Shown one piece after another: positions 38,448 to 50,000 of a stretch of 64,000 bases of DNA. Made by a program: the position numbers and the translations under genes. This stretch comes from Candidatus Obscuribacteraceae bacterium (GTDB lineage Bacteria; Cyanobacteriota; Vampirovibrionia; Obscuribacterales; Obscuribacteraceae), in contig JBGASG010000001.1 in the NCBI GenBank assembly GCA_044229845.1, positions 608,001 through 672,000 of the forward strand, in the 5' to 3' direction. Position 1 is the first letter of the stretch. Every line of letters starts with the position of its first letter. The notes below the pieces were generated by a model. That model was not told the DNA's origin, searched no databases, and saw only the letters and a list, made by a program, of their open reading frames with translations.

Positions 38448-39221
38448 CTACTTGCCGTTAAGCAACGACTTTTCCATCTGCAGAGCCTTCTGTTCGGCGG
38501 TATTGGCTTTTTGCTTGGCTTCTATCGCCTGAATCTTCGCTTGGTTTAATGATCCCTGCGAGGTGGTCCGCGGCTTGGGAGCTGGGCGCCTGCCGCCTCC
38601 GCGGGCGCGCAGCTCGGAAATCACCCGGCGAGCGCGGCGATACTGAGGAGAATCCGGCGAAATCTCGTTGAGTATGGCAATGGCCTCCGCAACACGACCG
38701 GAGCCAGCCAATTTGTATGCATCCACGACCTTCTGTCGGGTAGCCATCTCGATTTGCACTGCCATCATAATTTTGGGTGTGGCGCGGTCGACCAGAGCCG
38801 AAATGACCTCGCGGATGGCGCGATCTATGAGCACGCGATTCACGCCCTGTCCCGGCGAGACTGCAAAGTCCTGTTTGTTGACCATTGTGGAGACCGTGTC
38901 TACTACGTGTCCGTCAGTGGTCTTGATGGTCACCGTGCCGTTGACTCGCACTGCCATTTGCTGGAAATCGGTTTTGTCGAGGATGTTGCAAATAACGTAC
39001 CAGTCCGGATTGACCGTTGAGAGGGCGATGCTGGGATCGCCGCTGAGACGACCGTTGATGCCGTCCACAACCTCTTGTTCCATGCCGCTGCCGCCACCGG
39101 GAACGACGGCGATGCGCACCGTCGGCATCTGGGCGGACACCGGGCGTGTCCATTCCCAACTCGATACCATGACAAGGGCAGCCAGCGCCAGGGCTACAAC
39201 GATTACTCTGCGCACGTTCAA
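38448..39221 (-). CDS. Secreted hypothetical protein
   Basis: Signal peptide (..VSA-Q); alpha/beta domain starting VRIAVVP, then a TPR-like helix pair and a coiled tail. Confidence 0.75.
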   Translation of the reverse strand: MNVRRVIVVALALAALVMVSSWEWTRPVSAQMPTVRIAVVPGGGSGMEQEVVDGINGRLSGDPSIALSTVNPDWYVICNILDKTDFQQMAVRVNGTVTIKTTDGHVVDTVSTMVNKQDFAVSPGQGVNRVLIDRAIREVISALVDRATPKIMMAVQIEMATRQKVVDAYKLAGSGRVAEAIAILNEISPDSPQYRRARRVISELRARGGGRRPAPKPRTTSQGSLNQAKIQAIEAKQKANTAEQKALQMEKSLLNGK

Positions 39222-39344
39222 AACCTCCAGGATGTGCAGTCTCCGCAGCTCTATTCGCTACGAGACAACTGAGAAACAAGGCTCCTATGCAAAGGTACAT
39301 TCTGCACCTTTTGCCGATTTCCGGCATTAGAGGGGTCTAGAAAC

Positions 39345-40265
39345 TTATTGAACTTCGCAATTGGGCAAAGCCGTCTTCAGGCGCTGCATGCCTGCCGCCG
39401 AAATCAGGGAGTTGGAGACCAAAAGTTCGGTCAGCTGTTGCATGGTGCAGAGCACCGGCACCGCCTGATCGTTGACAGGTGTGCCGGAAAGCTCGATGGT
39501 ATGCAGGTTTTGCAGTTGCCGTAAATGTCCGAGGGTGGTCCCCTGAATCTGGGTGTTGGCCGCCCGCAACCAGCGCAAGTTTTTCAGTCGTGACAGATAG
39601 ACGACCCCGGCATCAGTCACCTGGGTGCCGTCTACATCGAGCACCTGCATGGAGTCTATGCAGCACACCTGGGCCAGTGAAGCGTCACCAATGGCGGTGC
39701 CTTCCAGATCGAGAATCTTGAGGCCCTTGAGCAGGCACAGATTGGAGATGGCCGTGTCACCAATTGCGGTGCGTTCCAGATCGAGCAATTCCAGGCTGTG
39801 GGACGCTCGCAAGTGATCCAGACAGTTGTCTCCGGCGCCGCTGCCGGCCAGAATCAGGCGCGCCAATCTCGGAAACTTGCTCAAGATCGTCAAACTGGCG
39901 TCCACGTCGCCCGGTTGTCCGGGCACCCAGGCTACCTCATCGCCCTTGCCGAACTTCATGACCTTGTGTGGTTTTATCTGACCCAGATCCAGTTCGTGCA
40001 GGTTTTGCAGACTGGTCAGATACGCCAGGTCGGCTATATTGACCCGCTGTGCGTAGAGAGAGAAGGTGTGAATATTGGCGGGGTCGATCTCTTGTATCCA
40101 ACCCAGGTTGACGGCGCCGTCGGCATTAACCGAGAGCTTCACCTGGGCGTCGTCATTGATCGAAACCACCTTGGTAGCCTGCCCGATATAGGTTGGCATA
40201 CCGCCGTTCAGCGAAAAGAGTTCGCCGACCGAATAGTTCTCTGGAAACGACAGCGTGCGTGTCAT
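39345..40265 (-). CDS. Leucine-rich repeat protein
   Basis: 24-aa repeats L..LDL..T.I.D..L..L..L; ends LKTALPNCEV. Confidence 0.92.
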   Translation of the reverse strand: MTRTLSFPENYSVGELFSLNGGMPTYIGQATKVVSINDDAQVKLSVNADGAVNLGWIQEIDPANIHTFSLYAQRVNIADLAYLTSLQNLHELDLGQIKPHKVMKFGKGDEVAWVPGQPGDVDASLTILSKFPRLARLILAGSGAGDNCLDHLRASHSLELLDLERTAIGDTAISNLCLLKGLKILDLEGTAIGDASLAQVCCIDSMQVLDVDGTQVTDAGVVYLSRLKNLRWLRAANTQIQGTTLGHLRQLQNLHTIELSGTPVNDQAVPVLCTMQQLTELLVSNSLISAAGMQRLKTALPNCEVQ

Positions 40266-40388
40266 TGCACCAGTTTAGCAGCTATCGAGTCACGAATTTT
40301 TCACAACTGATCAGTTATATTCTGCCTGCCCTACTCACTATCTACGCGTATCCTCAGACTGGCGGCAAACGGTCGGCGCGCGTCAGAT

Positions 40389-41219
40389 ATGTCTGGTTCG
40401 GGCGGAGGCGCGATGAGTTGCCAGACGAAAAGAGCACAACCCGCACACGAACCGAAGTTTGTCGAATTCGCGCCGCTGCCTGATGTGAATCTGTCACATC
40501 CCGGCCGACGAGGAGTTCATATCGAGGTCATGCAGTACCGATGGCTTGACCAGAGTCGTCCAACCATTGTCGTTTTCGATAAATTCTCCTTCCCTGTATT
40601 TGAACTGCCGGCTGAAGATGCCATCGTCAGCCATGGACGGATCAGCGCCGACGCGGCGGAACGAAACGGCTATAACGTGATCCGCGTTGCCGAACTGAGC
40701 CCAGGTCCGCTCTTGCATCTGGAACTGGCTCTGCCTGAATTGATCTCATTTATAGATGACCAGACAGTGCCAGTCGGACGTGGCGACGTAGTCAACATCA
40801 GTGCTGTGAAATCCGTTCCATTTGCCGGTGCCGGCAAATTGTTGAAGCTGAATTTGACGGCCGAAAACGTCAAGGACATGGTGCCGCAGATTCTCGAGCG
40901 TCTGGAGCAGTTGCATCAAGATACGAAACAGCCGCGTGCGGTGCGCGAGTTCGCCCGCCGGCAGCTGGCATCAAATAGAGCTGTGCAACGCCTTTGCGCC
41001 ACCCAAGTCGAAGTGGTGGTTGCCGGTGGTAATGACGGCCCGGACTGGTTCAATATCGCCCTCCTGACTGCCACCACTCAACTGTCGGCGCGCGATGCAT
41101 CCGGTGCGATCGCGCCGTGGAGTGCCAACAATTCCCTGACGACGCCGGCTGACGGCGATTTTGAAATCCTTATGGAGCCTCACTCCTCGTTGATTCAGAC
41201 GCGAGGAGTTTCGTTGTGA
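40389..41219 (+). CDS. Subtilase (S8)-like protein A, truncated just after the catalytic-Ser position
   Basis: IVVFD (Asp), SHG (His), VVNIS, VVVAGGNDG (oxyanion Asn) and APWSANN; ends TRGVSL*. Confidence 0.65.
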   Translation: MSGSGGGAMSCQTKRAQPAHEPKFVEFAPLPDVNLSHPGRRGVHIEVMQYRWLDQSRPTIVVFDKFSFPVFELPAEDAIVSHGRISADAAERNGYNVIRVAELSPGPLLHLELALPELISFIDDQTVPVGRGDVVNISAVKSVPFAGAGKLLKLNLTAENVKDMVPQILERLEQLHQDTKQPRAVREFARRQLASNRAVQRLCATQVEVVVAGGNDGPDWFNIALLTATTQLSARDASGAIAPWSANNSLTTPADGDFEILMEPHSSLIQTRGVSL

Positions 41220-42349
41220 GTTTTCGCGGCGATGGTGGTAGTGAATCTGGTGGCGACCGGGCGGCCACATTCGATCCGCTTGTGCCGGCGCAAGCCAAAA
41301 TGGTTAACGAGTATCTGGACTTTCTGGCCGCCCAGTCCAACGCCGGCGCCTGGCAATACCAAACTCAGACTGCCGATCTCTGGGGCAGCGACTCACTCTG
41401 GCAGATTGGTGACGCTCACCAATCTCAGCAGCAAAGAGGCGTGCGAGTCGATAATTTCGATCAGGAAGAAACAGAAAAACAGCGTCATCACAACGAAAAT
41501 ACCTCACTGGCTTTCTTCGATCCGGTAACCAAAGAACTGGACGCGAAAAAACCGACTTTGTTGGTTTTCGACAACTTCGGCGGGCGCCGCCAATCCTCTG
41601 GATTGCCTCCCGCCGCTGGTGAAGCAGTTTCTGTACGCGGCGATGTCAGCGCCGAGGAAGCAGAAAAACAAGGATTCAATGTCGTTCGCGTTGGGTCTAC
41701 GCAAGACACTCCGGCTCTGGACAGGACGCTGCCTGAACTTGCAGACAAAATCGAGACGGGCGACCTGGCGCTCGGCAAGGGCGACATCGTCAACATCAAC
41801 GCCGAATCGAATATCTCGTATAAAAGCGCCGGCGACCTACTTGGTCTGAGCATAACGGCCGACAATGTCAAAGATATGGTTCCCGATATGCTGCATCGCA
41901 TGCGGGAATTGTCTGAGGATCCAAGGCAGGATGCCGCGACTCGTACCTGGCTGAAGCAGATGCTTGCCGTTAATGATGCGGCAAAACGCATCGCCGACAA
42001 AGGAATAGAGGTAGTAGCGTCAGCGGGCAGCGACGGACCGGACAAATTCAACATTGCCGCTCTGACCGCCACCACCCAGCTGGCCTCCCGCACCGAGACA
42101 GGCGAATTATCTGCCTTTAGCGCCGACAATTCACTGGTGAGCGCCGAGCAAGAAAGCCAAGGACAACGTAGACAAGAAAGCCGACAAGAAAATATTCCGA
42201 CGCGGTCCGAGTCTGTTAGTGATCCGCTGGCTCGTCCCTATATGCAGGAGCAATACGTTATGGGTTGGACACGCGGCACATCGTTTGCCAATGTCGACTA
42301 CTTCGGCAAAAATTTTGAGCGTTTGAGACTTTTGAAGAACTCTGCTTGA
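41216..42349 (+). CDS. Subtilase (S8)-like protein B, His replaced by Arg
   Basis: Paralog of A; LLVFD, VRG in place of SHG, IVNIN, VASAGSDG, SAFSADN and GTSFA. GTGA overlap with A and AGGAG RBS. Confidence 0.7.
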   Translation: MSFRGDGGSESGGDRAATFDPLVPAQAKMVNEYLDFLAAQSNAGAWQYQTQTADLWGSDSLWQIGDAHQSQQQRGVRVDNFDQEETEKQRHHNENTSLAFFDPVTKELDAKKPTLLVFDNFGGRRQSSGLPPAAGEAVSVRGDVSAEEAEKQGFNVVRVGSTQDTPALDRTLPELADKIETGDLALGKGDIVNINAESNISYKSAGDLLGLSITADNVKDMVPDMLHRMRELSEDPRQDAATRTWLKQMLAVNDAAKRIADKGIEVVASAGSDGPDKFNIAALTATTQLASRTETGELSAFSADNSLVSAEQESQGQRRQESRQENIPTRSESVSDPLARPYMQEQYVMGWTRGTSFANVDYFGKNFERLRLLKNSA

Positions 42350-42410
42350 TCGGCGGCTGGTCTTGTATATTGATATATGCAGCCACAGCGGAGCTATCAC
42401 ATCGAATCAG

Positions 42411-43616
42411 ATGCAAGATGAAGCCCTAGAGCGCGCAATGTCATTCTGGCAGGACCAGGACTGGTCGCATGCGGTGCGAGAATTCAGTAAAGTACTGGAG
42501 TCCGAACCACAACATGTGGAAGCTCTCCGCTATCGTGGTCTCGCTCAATATGAACTCGAACAGTACGAGAGCGCCCTTGAGGACTTCGATCGCTGGGCGG
42601 CTGTCGAGCCGGATGTAGCCGAAGTTTACTACTACAAGGCACTTGTTTATCACCAGCTTGGACGGTACGAGAAAGCGCTCACCGAGAGCGACCACGCTCT
42701 TGAGCTTGACGATCTGCTGTGCGAAGCGCAGTACAACAAAGGTCTGGCGTATTACGAACTGGGAGACTACGAGCGCGCCATCGCCTGCTACAACCGCGCT
42801 ATCGAAATGGATCCCAATTTCGGCATCGCTTTCAATACACGCGGCATGGTTTACTTCGAGTTAGGCAACGATGCCCAGGCGATTGAAAACTTTTCTACCG
42901 GCATCGAACGGTGCCCGCATCTCTACGAAAACTACCACATGCGAGGCATCGTGTTTTTGCATGCCGGCGAGTCGGAAAAGGCTCTGTCTGATTTCGATAC
43001 CGCGCTAACCTACTTGCTGCACGATTACAGCAATCCTATTTATGGCGATGTACTCCAGGACAGGGGACTGGCTTACCTGCAAATCGGAGCTTACACTGCG
43101 GCGATTGAGAATTTCACCGAAGCTCTGAAGTTCTGGCAGAAATCAGAGGACGCCACGGTCTTCAACGATCGCGGCACCGCTCATTACGGATTGCGCCAGT
43201 ACGACGAAGCCCTGGAAGATTACAGTCGGGCGATCGAATACGATGCCGAACTGACCGATGCTTTCTACAATCGCGGTGCCACCTTTGTTGAAATTTTGGA
43301 ATACGATGCGGCGGTGCAGGACCTGAGCGAAGCGATTCGGCTAGACCCTTGTTATTACGAAGCGTTCGTAAAACGAGGTGATGCACACACGCGCCTTTTC
43401 GAATTCAGTAAAGCCATTCGCGATTACAAGGAAGCAGTTCGCTTGCAGCCCGAAGATGCGCTTACAATGCATCGCCTGGGGATAGTCTACGCCAAGACCG
43501 AACAGGAAGAACGTGCCATCACGGTTCTCGAACAGGCACGCGAGCTGTATGTAAAAGCCAATCGTGATTGCGAACAGATAGATCGCGATCTGGAAAAATT
43601 GCGTTCGAGCACCTGA
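42411..43616 (+). CDS. Tetratricopeptide repeat protein
   Basis: About 11 canonical TPRs (YNKGLAYYELGDYERAIACYNRAIEMDP); no signal peptide. Confidence 0.92.
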   Translation: MQDEALERAMSFWQDQDWSHAVREFSKVLESEPQHVEALRYRGLAQYELEQYESALEDFDRWAAVEPDVAEVYYYKALVYHQLGRYEKALTESDHALELDDLLCEAQYNKGLAYYELGDYERAIACYNRAIEMDPNFGIAFNTRGMVYFELGNDAQAIENFSTGIERCPHLYENYHMRGIVFLHAGESEKALSDFDTALTYLLHDYSNPIYGDVLQDRGLAYLQIGAYTAAIENFTEALKFWQKSEDATVFNDRGTAHYGLRQYDEALEDYSRAIEYDAELTDAFYNRGATFVEILEYDAAVQDLSEAIRLDPCYYEAFVKRGDAHTRLFEFSKAIRDYKEAVRLQPEDALTMHRLGIVYAKTEQEERAITVLEQARELYVKANRDCEQIDRDLEKLRSST

Positions 43617-43618
43617 GC

Positions 43619-43664
43619 CTTCCTTTGTGAAAATCAACACTTCTGTTGATTTTTACAAAGGAAG
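43619..43664. repeat. 21-bp-stem palindrome; dispersed repeat copy 2
   Basis: CTTCCTTTGTGAAAATCAACA-cttc-TGTTGATTTTTACAAAGGAAG with one G-T pair; core identical to 9268-9287 in reverse complement. Confidence 0.85.
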
Positions 43665-43675
43665 ATCGGGACCAC

Positions 43676-44398
43676 TCAAGGCATGTACTCCACTTGCGCC
43701 GGTGCGAATGCGTTGCCATTGCCCTTCGCAATTTTGCGCAATGTCATGGCGAAGTGGTGCAGTTTTTCCCTTGTGTCCTTGTCATGCCAGCGCGCCTCGA
43801 ATTCCTGGACCGGAATATAGGTGTAATGTCCCAGAGTTGATGGATCCATGAAATAGATGTTGTTGGCGTCATAGCCGATTGCCACAACATAGTGGCCGTC
43901 TTCCCAGTCTTTGCTGTAATCGATTGTCGCTTTCTCTGACCAGGCCTGAATGAGTACGATCACCGGCTGTTTTTGATCTAGAAGTTCTTCCAGCTTTCTG
44001 ATGGTGGCATCTTTATAAACAGTGACCTCAAATCCTTTTTGGGTCGCAAATTTTTCGATGGCCTCGTAGCGTGTCCCAATTCTGTTGTTGCTTTTGAGCG
44101 GACCAGACAGTTGGGATTCGTTGAAGTCTTCCCCGAAAAAACCTAGTACCCCTTGCAGTGCAGCGGCACCGCAGGTGTAATCGGTTGCTTGCCGGCAGAG
44201 CGGAACCAGGACAGCCCCTGCCGGTAGACCGCTCAATGCCGCCGGTTTGCTTGCCATTGGCCGATTGTGCGCACCAGCCGCTGTGTTATCCGCCTCTGAA
44301 TGTCCGACCGAAGTAGCTGCCGTGACGGCACCAGCTATGGTGACAGTGAGGACAGTTGTGCTGAGTCCCAGAGGGATTGAACGATTGACGACGTGCAT
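43676..44398 (-). CDS. Stand-alone C39-family cysteine peptidase with signal peptide
   Basis: RQATDYTCGAAAL (Gln/Cys), PVIVLI, DGHYVVAIG (His) and FMDP (Asp); no ABC domains. Confidence 0.88.
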   Translation of the reverse strand: MHVVNRSIPLGLSTTVLTVTIAGAVTAATSVGHSEADNTAAGAHNRPMASKPAALSGLPAGAVLVPLCRQATDYTCGAAALQGVLGFFGEDFNESQLSGPLKSNNRIGTRYEAIEKFATQKGFEVTVYKDATIRKLEELLDQKQPVIVLIQAWSEKATIDYSKDWEDGHYVVAIGYDANNIYFMDPSTLGHYTYIPVQEFEARWHDKDTREKLHHFAMTLRKIAKGNGNAFAPAQVEYMP

Positions 44399-44410
44399 TT
44401 GCAGTTGTTC

Positions 44411-44842
44411 TCAAGTGGTAATAGCGTCCATGGCTTGATTGGCCAGCTTGTCGGCTTCCTTGTTCATCTCGCGACGAACATGAATGATCGAGAACAGGTC
44501 GAAACGTTTACTTAAGACCTGGGCCTGTTGAAACAGCGGCAACAAGCCCTCGTTCTTCACTTTGTAGAGCCCCTTCATTTGTTTGACGGCCAGTTCGGAA
44601 TCCATGCGCACCTGGATTTTTTTAAAGCCCAGTTCCAGCGCTTTCTCCAGTATGCGGATGAGGGCGGTATACTCCGCCACGTTGTTGGTGGCAACTCCAA
44701 TCGCCTCGCTGATCTCAGCGACCGTCACCCCGTCTCTTTGCAGCAAAGCGCCGATACCTGCCGGTCCGGGATTGCCGCGTGAGCCGCCGTCGGCATAAGC
44801 GACGACGACGGCATCCTCTATATTAGATGCGCTGCAGGCCAC
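44411..44842 (-). CDS. rnhA: Ribonuclease HI
   Basis: YADGGSRGNPGPAG, TNNVAEY, MDSEL and REMNKEADKLAN; GTG start at 44842 after GGAG. Confidence 0.93.
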   Translation of the reverse strand: MACSASNIEDAVVVAYADGGSRGNPGPAGIGALLQRDGVTVAEISEAIGVATNNVAEYTALIRILEKALELGFKKIQVRMDSELAVKQMKGLYKVKNEGLLPLFQQAQVLSKRFDLFSIIHVRREMNKEADKLANQAMDAITT

Positions 44843-44855
44843 GGCGCGTCTCCAG

Positions 44856-47516
<2,661 letters not shown>

Positions 47517-47668
47517 GTAAAACCCCCAGGATGCAGTCCAGATCATCAAAGTATAGCAGTTGCATAGCGATCTTCTGGAAACGGCAGAGCCGATCTGGTA
47601 CGCTTGCGGTCCGCCCAAGCCCCCAGAGAAATTCTCCGGATTCCGCAACAAGACTCAACAATGCGCTG

Positions 47669-48568
47669 ATGAAGCTGAGCAAAGTCCTGGTTCTCTTCAA
47701 AAAGTCCACCTTCCAGCTGCAAGCGTTGGAGCACCGCGAGCCGCATTTTTTGCGCCTGCTGGAGCAGGGGCACACGTCGGTTTCCAAAGTCCAGAAAGCT
47801 CACGACGAACACCTTGAAACGCTGGAAGCCGTCATCGGCGAACTTAACGCCCGCAACATCCAGTTTGAGCAGATGGCCAGAGCCGACCTCAAGTGGCAAG
47901 TGGACGACGTCGACCTGGTGATCTCGGTCGGCGGGGACGGTACCTTTCTCGATGCTTCGCACTCGGTGCGCAAAATCCCGCTTCTAGGCGTCAACTCGGC
48001 TCGTTCCTCAAGTTTCGGGCACTTTTGCATCGGCCATGAAGGCAACATCAAAGAGATACTCAACCGCATCGAGAGCGATGACCTGCGCCCCGAGCGTCTC
48101 TTGCGCCTGGAGCTGTCGATCAACGGTCAGCACATACCGGAGCTGGTGCTTAACGAAGTTTTGGTCGCGCACTCGTGCCCGGCGGGCACCAGTCGCTATG
48201 TGTTGGAGATTGGCGGCGAAAAAGAGGAGCAGCGATCTTCCGGAATTCTAATTGGTACACCTTCCGGTTCCACTGGTACGCTCAAGTCAGCTGGAGGCGA
48301 GATATTGGGTATCACCGAGCACCGCTATCAATACATAGTGCGCGAGCCCTGGACACGTCCCGGGCAGTCGTTCAAGTTAACCAGCGGACTTTTGCATCGG
48401 GAACAAAATATGACTGTACTCTCGATGATGCGCACCGGTGCGCTCTACATCGACGGACAGCACATCGATTACAGCTTGAGCCACGGTGATGAGCTGAAGG
48501 TGGATGCTGCCCGCGACGATCTGCTCTGTTTTGTAGATCCGCACGTCAATGATGTGTTCAAGAAATGA
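47669..48568 (+). CDS. nadK: NAD(+)/NADH kinase
   Basis: SVGGDGTFL, LGVN, LNE and SSG..IGTPSGST. Confidence 0.92.
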   Translation: MKLSKVLVLFKKSTFQLQALEHREPHFLRLLEQGHTSVSKVQKAHDEHLETLEAVIGELNARNIQFEQMARADLKWQVDDVDLVISVGGDGTFLDASHSVRKIPLLGVNSARSSSFGHFCIGHEGNIKEILNRIESDDLRPERLLRLELSINGQHIPELVLNEVLVAHSCPAGTSRYVLEIGGEKEEQRSSGILIGTPSGSTGTLKSAGGEILGITEHRYQYIVREPWTRPGQSFKLTSGLLHREQNMTVLSMMRTGALYIDGQHIDYSLSHGDELKVDAARDDLLCFVDPHVNDVFKK

Positions 48569-49992
48569 CCGGTCAAAATAAATCCCGTCCGAGTCTGGCA
48601 ACTAATGAATACTTTGCGGTCCTGGCCGCAAAGCTGTCCGCGACGGCGATCAAAGTCACCGGCGCTGGATTGGCATCCAATCTGCCGGGAAAAATTGCTC
48701 GCCGCATTTCGCCGGCCGTACTGCCCAGTCTCTCCGCGCAGTGCCGTCAAGGCGTGGTGGCAGTGAGCGGCACCAACGGCAAAAGCACCACTTCCGGACT
48801 GGTGTCATCTATATTGCGCCAGGCGGGATTGAAAATCGTGCATAACCGCCAGGGAGCCAATCTGGTGCCAGGTATCACCGCCAGTTTGATCGATGCTGCC
48901 AGTTGGGGCGGCGGAGTGGACGCCGACTACGGCTTATTCGAGATCGACGAAGCCGCACTGCCTGTAGTGGCGAAAGAAGTGCCGATTTTGGCCGTCGTCG
49001 TTACGAACCTGTTTCGGGATCAGTTAGATCGTTTCGGCGAACTCGACACTACCGGCAAGTTGATTGCCAGCGGCATCGCCCAGAATTCCTCGCAAGCCAT
49101 ATTGAATGCCGACGATCCTAATGTCGCGCAACTGGTACCGGAAGCCGACAAAATATTCTATGGTGTAGCCAGCCTTGCTGATGAGCCGGTCAACGGCAAA
49201 CCAAAAGCCAAAGATGGTGGCATTCCCCAGTCGGGCACCAGTGAGCTTTCCTATTGTCTGCATTGCGGCGGCGAGTTTTCCTACGATCTGATTTTTTACG
49301 GACAACTGGGACATTACACCTGTCCTCAGTGTCAGCGCCGACGGCCGCAGCCCGAGGTCTATGCGGAAAGTGTAAAGGTGGAAGCCGAGTCATCCACCTT
49401 CACGCTGGTGTACGGTTCTGAACGGATTGAAGTTTCTTTGCCGTTGCCCGGTATGTTCAATGTCTACAACGCCCTTGCCGCCAGCGCGCTGGCTTATTTC
49501 CTGAAGCTGACCCCAGCTGCGGTGAAGGAAGGACTGACGCGGTACCAGACACTTTTCGGACGGTCGGAGCGGTTGAAAGTCTTCGACAAAGATACGTTGA
49601 TTCAACTGATCAAAAATCCAGCCGGTGCATCGCAGGCTGTAAAGGCTGCGGCAAGTGATCCGAAAGGGCGAATTCTGATTGCCATCAACGACAACTATGC
49701 AGATGGTCGGGATGTGTCGTGGCTGTGGGATGCGGAGTTCGAACATCTGAGCGACCACGGCAAGACGATTGTCGTAAGCGGTCAGCGCTGTTATGACATG
49801 GCTTTGCGTCTTAAGTACGGAGGCTTTCCGGAAGAGCACATCGAAATCGTGCCGGTGTTGGAAGAAGCCCTGAATGTTTCTCTCGAAAAAACATCTACCG
49901 AAGAAACGCTGTGGATCTTGCCCACGTACACATGCCTGCTCGACTTGCAGAAAATCATGAAGAAACTGGGCTACGCGCTCTCCAGCACTTAG
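48565..49992 (+). CDS. murT: MurT-like Mur ligase (lipid II isoglutaminyl synthase subunit, DUF1727)
   Basis: SGTNGKSTT, GANL, EIDE, TNLFRDQLDRFGE, CxxC..CxxC, LIKNPAG, ADGRDVSWLWD and PTYT. Confidence 0.92.
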   Translation: MTGQNKSRPSLATNEYFAVLAAKLSATAIKVTGAGLASNLPGKIARRISPAVLPSLSAQCRQGVVAVSGTNGKSTTSGLVSSILRQAGLKIVHNRQGANLVPGITASLIDAASWGGGVDADYGLFEIDEAALPVVAKEVPILAVVVTNLFRDQLDRFGELDTTGKLIASGIAQNSSQAILNADDPNVAQLVPEADKIFYGVASLADEPVNGKPKAKDGGIPQSGTSELSYCLHCGGEFSYDLIFYGQLGHYTCPQCQRRRPQPEVYAESVKVEAESSTFTLVYGSERIEVSLPLPGMFNVYNALAASALAYFLKLTPAAVKEGLTRYQTLFGRSERLKVFDKDTLIQLIKNPAGASQAVKAAASDPKGRILIAINDNYADGRDVSWLWDAEFEHLSDHGKTIVVSGQRCYDMALRLKYGGFPEEHIEIVPVLEEALNVSLEKTSTEETLWILPTYTCLLDLQKIMKKLGYALSST

Positions 49993-50000
49993 CAACGAAC

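Noticed and set aside
7999..41113. GCGATCGC (HIP1) octamers at 7999, 24109, 34137, 37113, 38085 and 41106
   Set aside because: The by-eye count is incomplete but far sparser than in HIP1-rich cyanobacteria, and all copies are in coding sequence. A Markov-corrected count would be needed to claim enrichment.
41217..41260. Possible TGA readthrough extending subtilase A (GVSL*VFAAMVVVNLVA)
   Set aside because: The extension is hydrophobic but lacks the A.P motif and overlaps gene B in another frame with its own RBS. TGA is an ordinary stop elsewhere in the window, and no recoding signal was seen.
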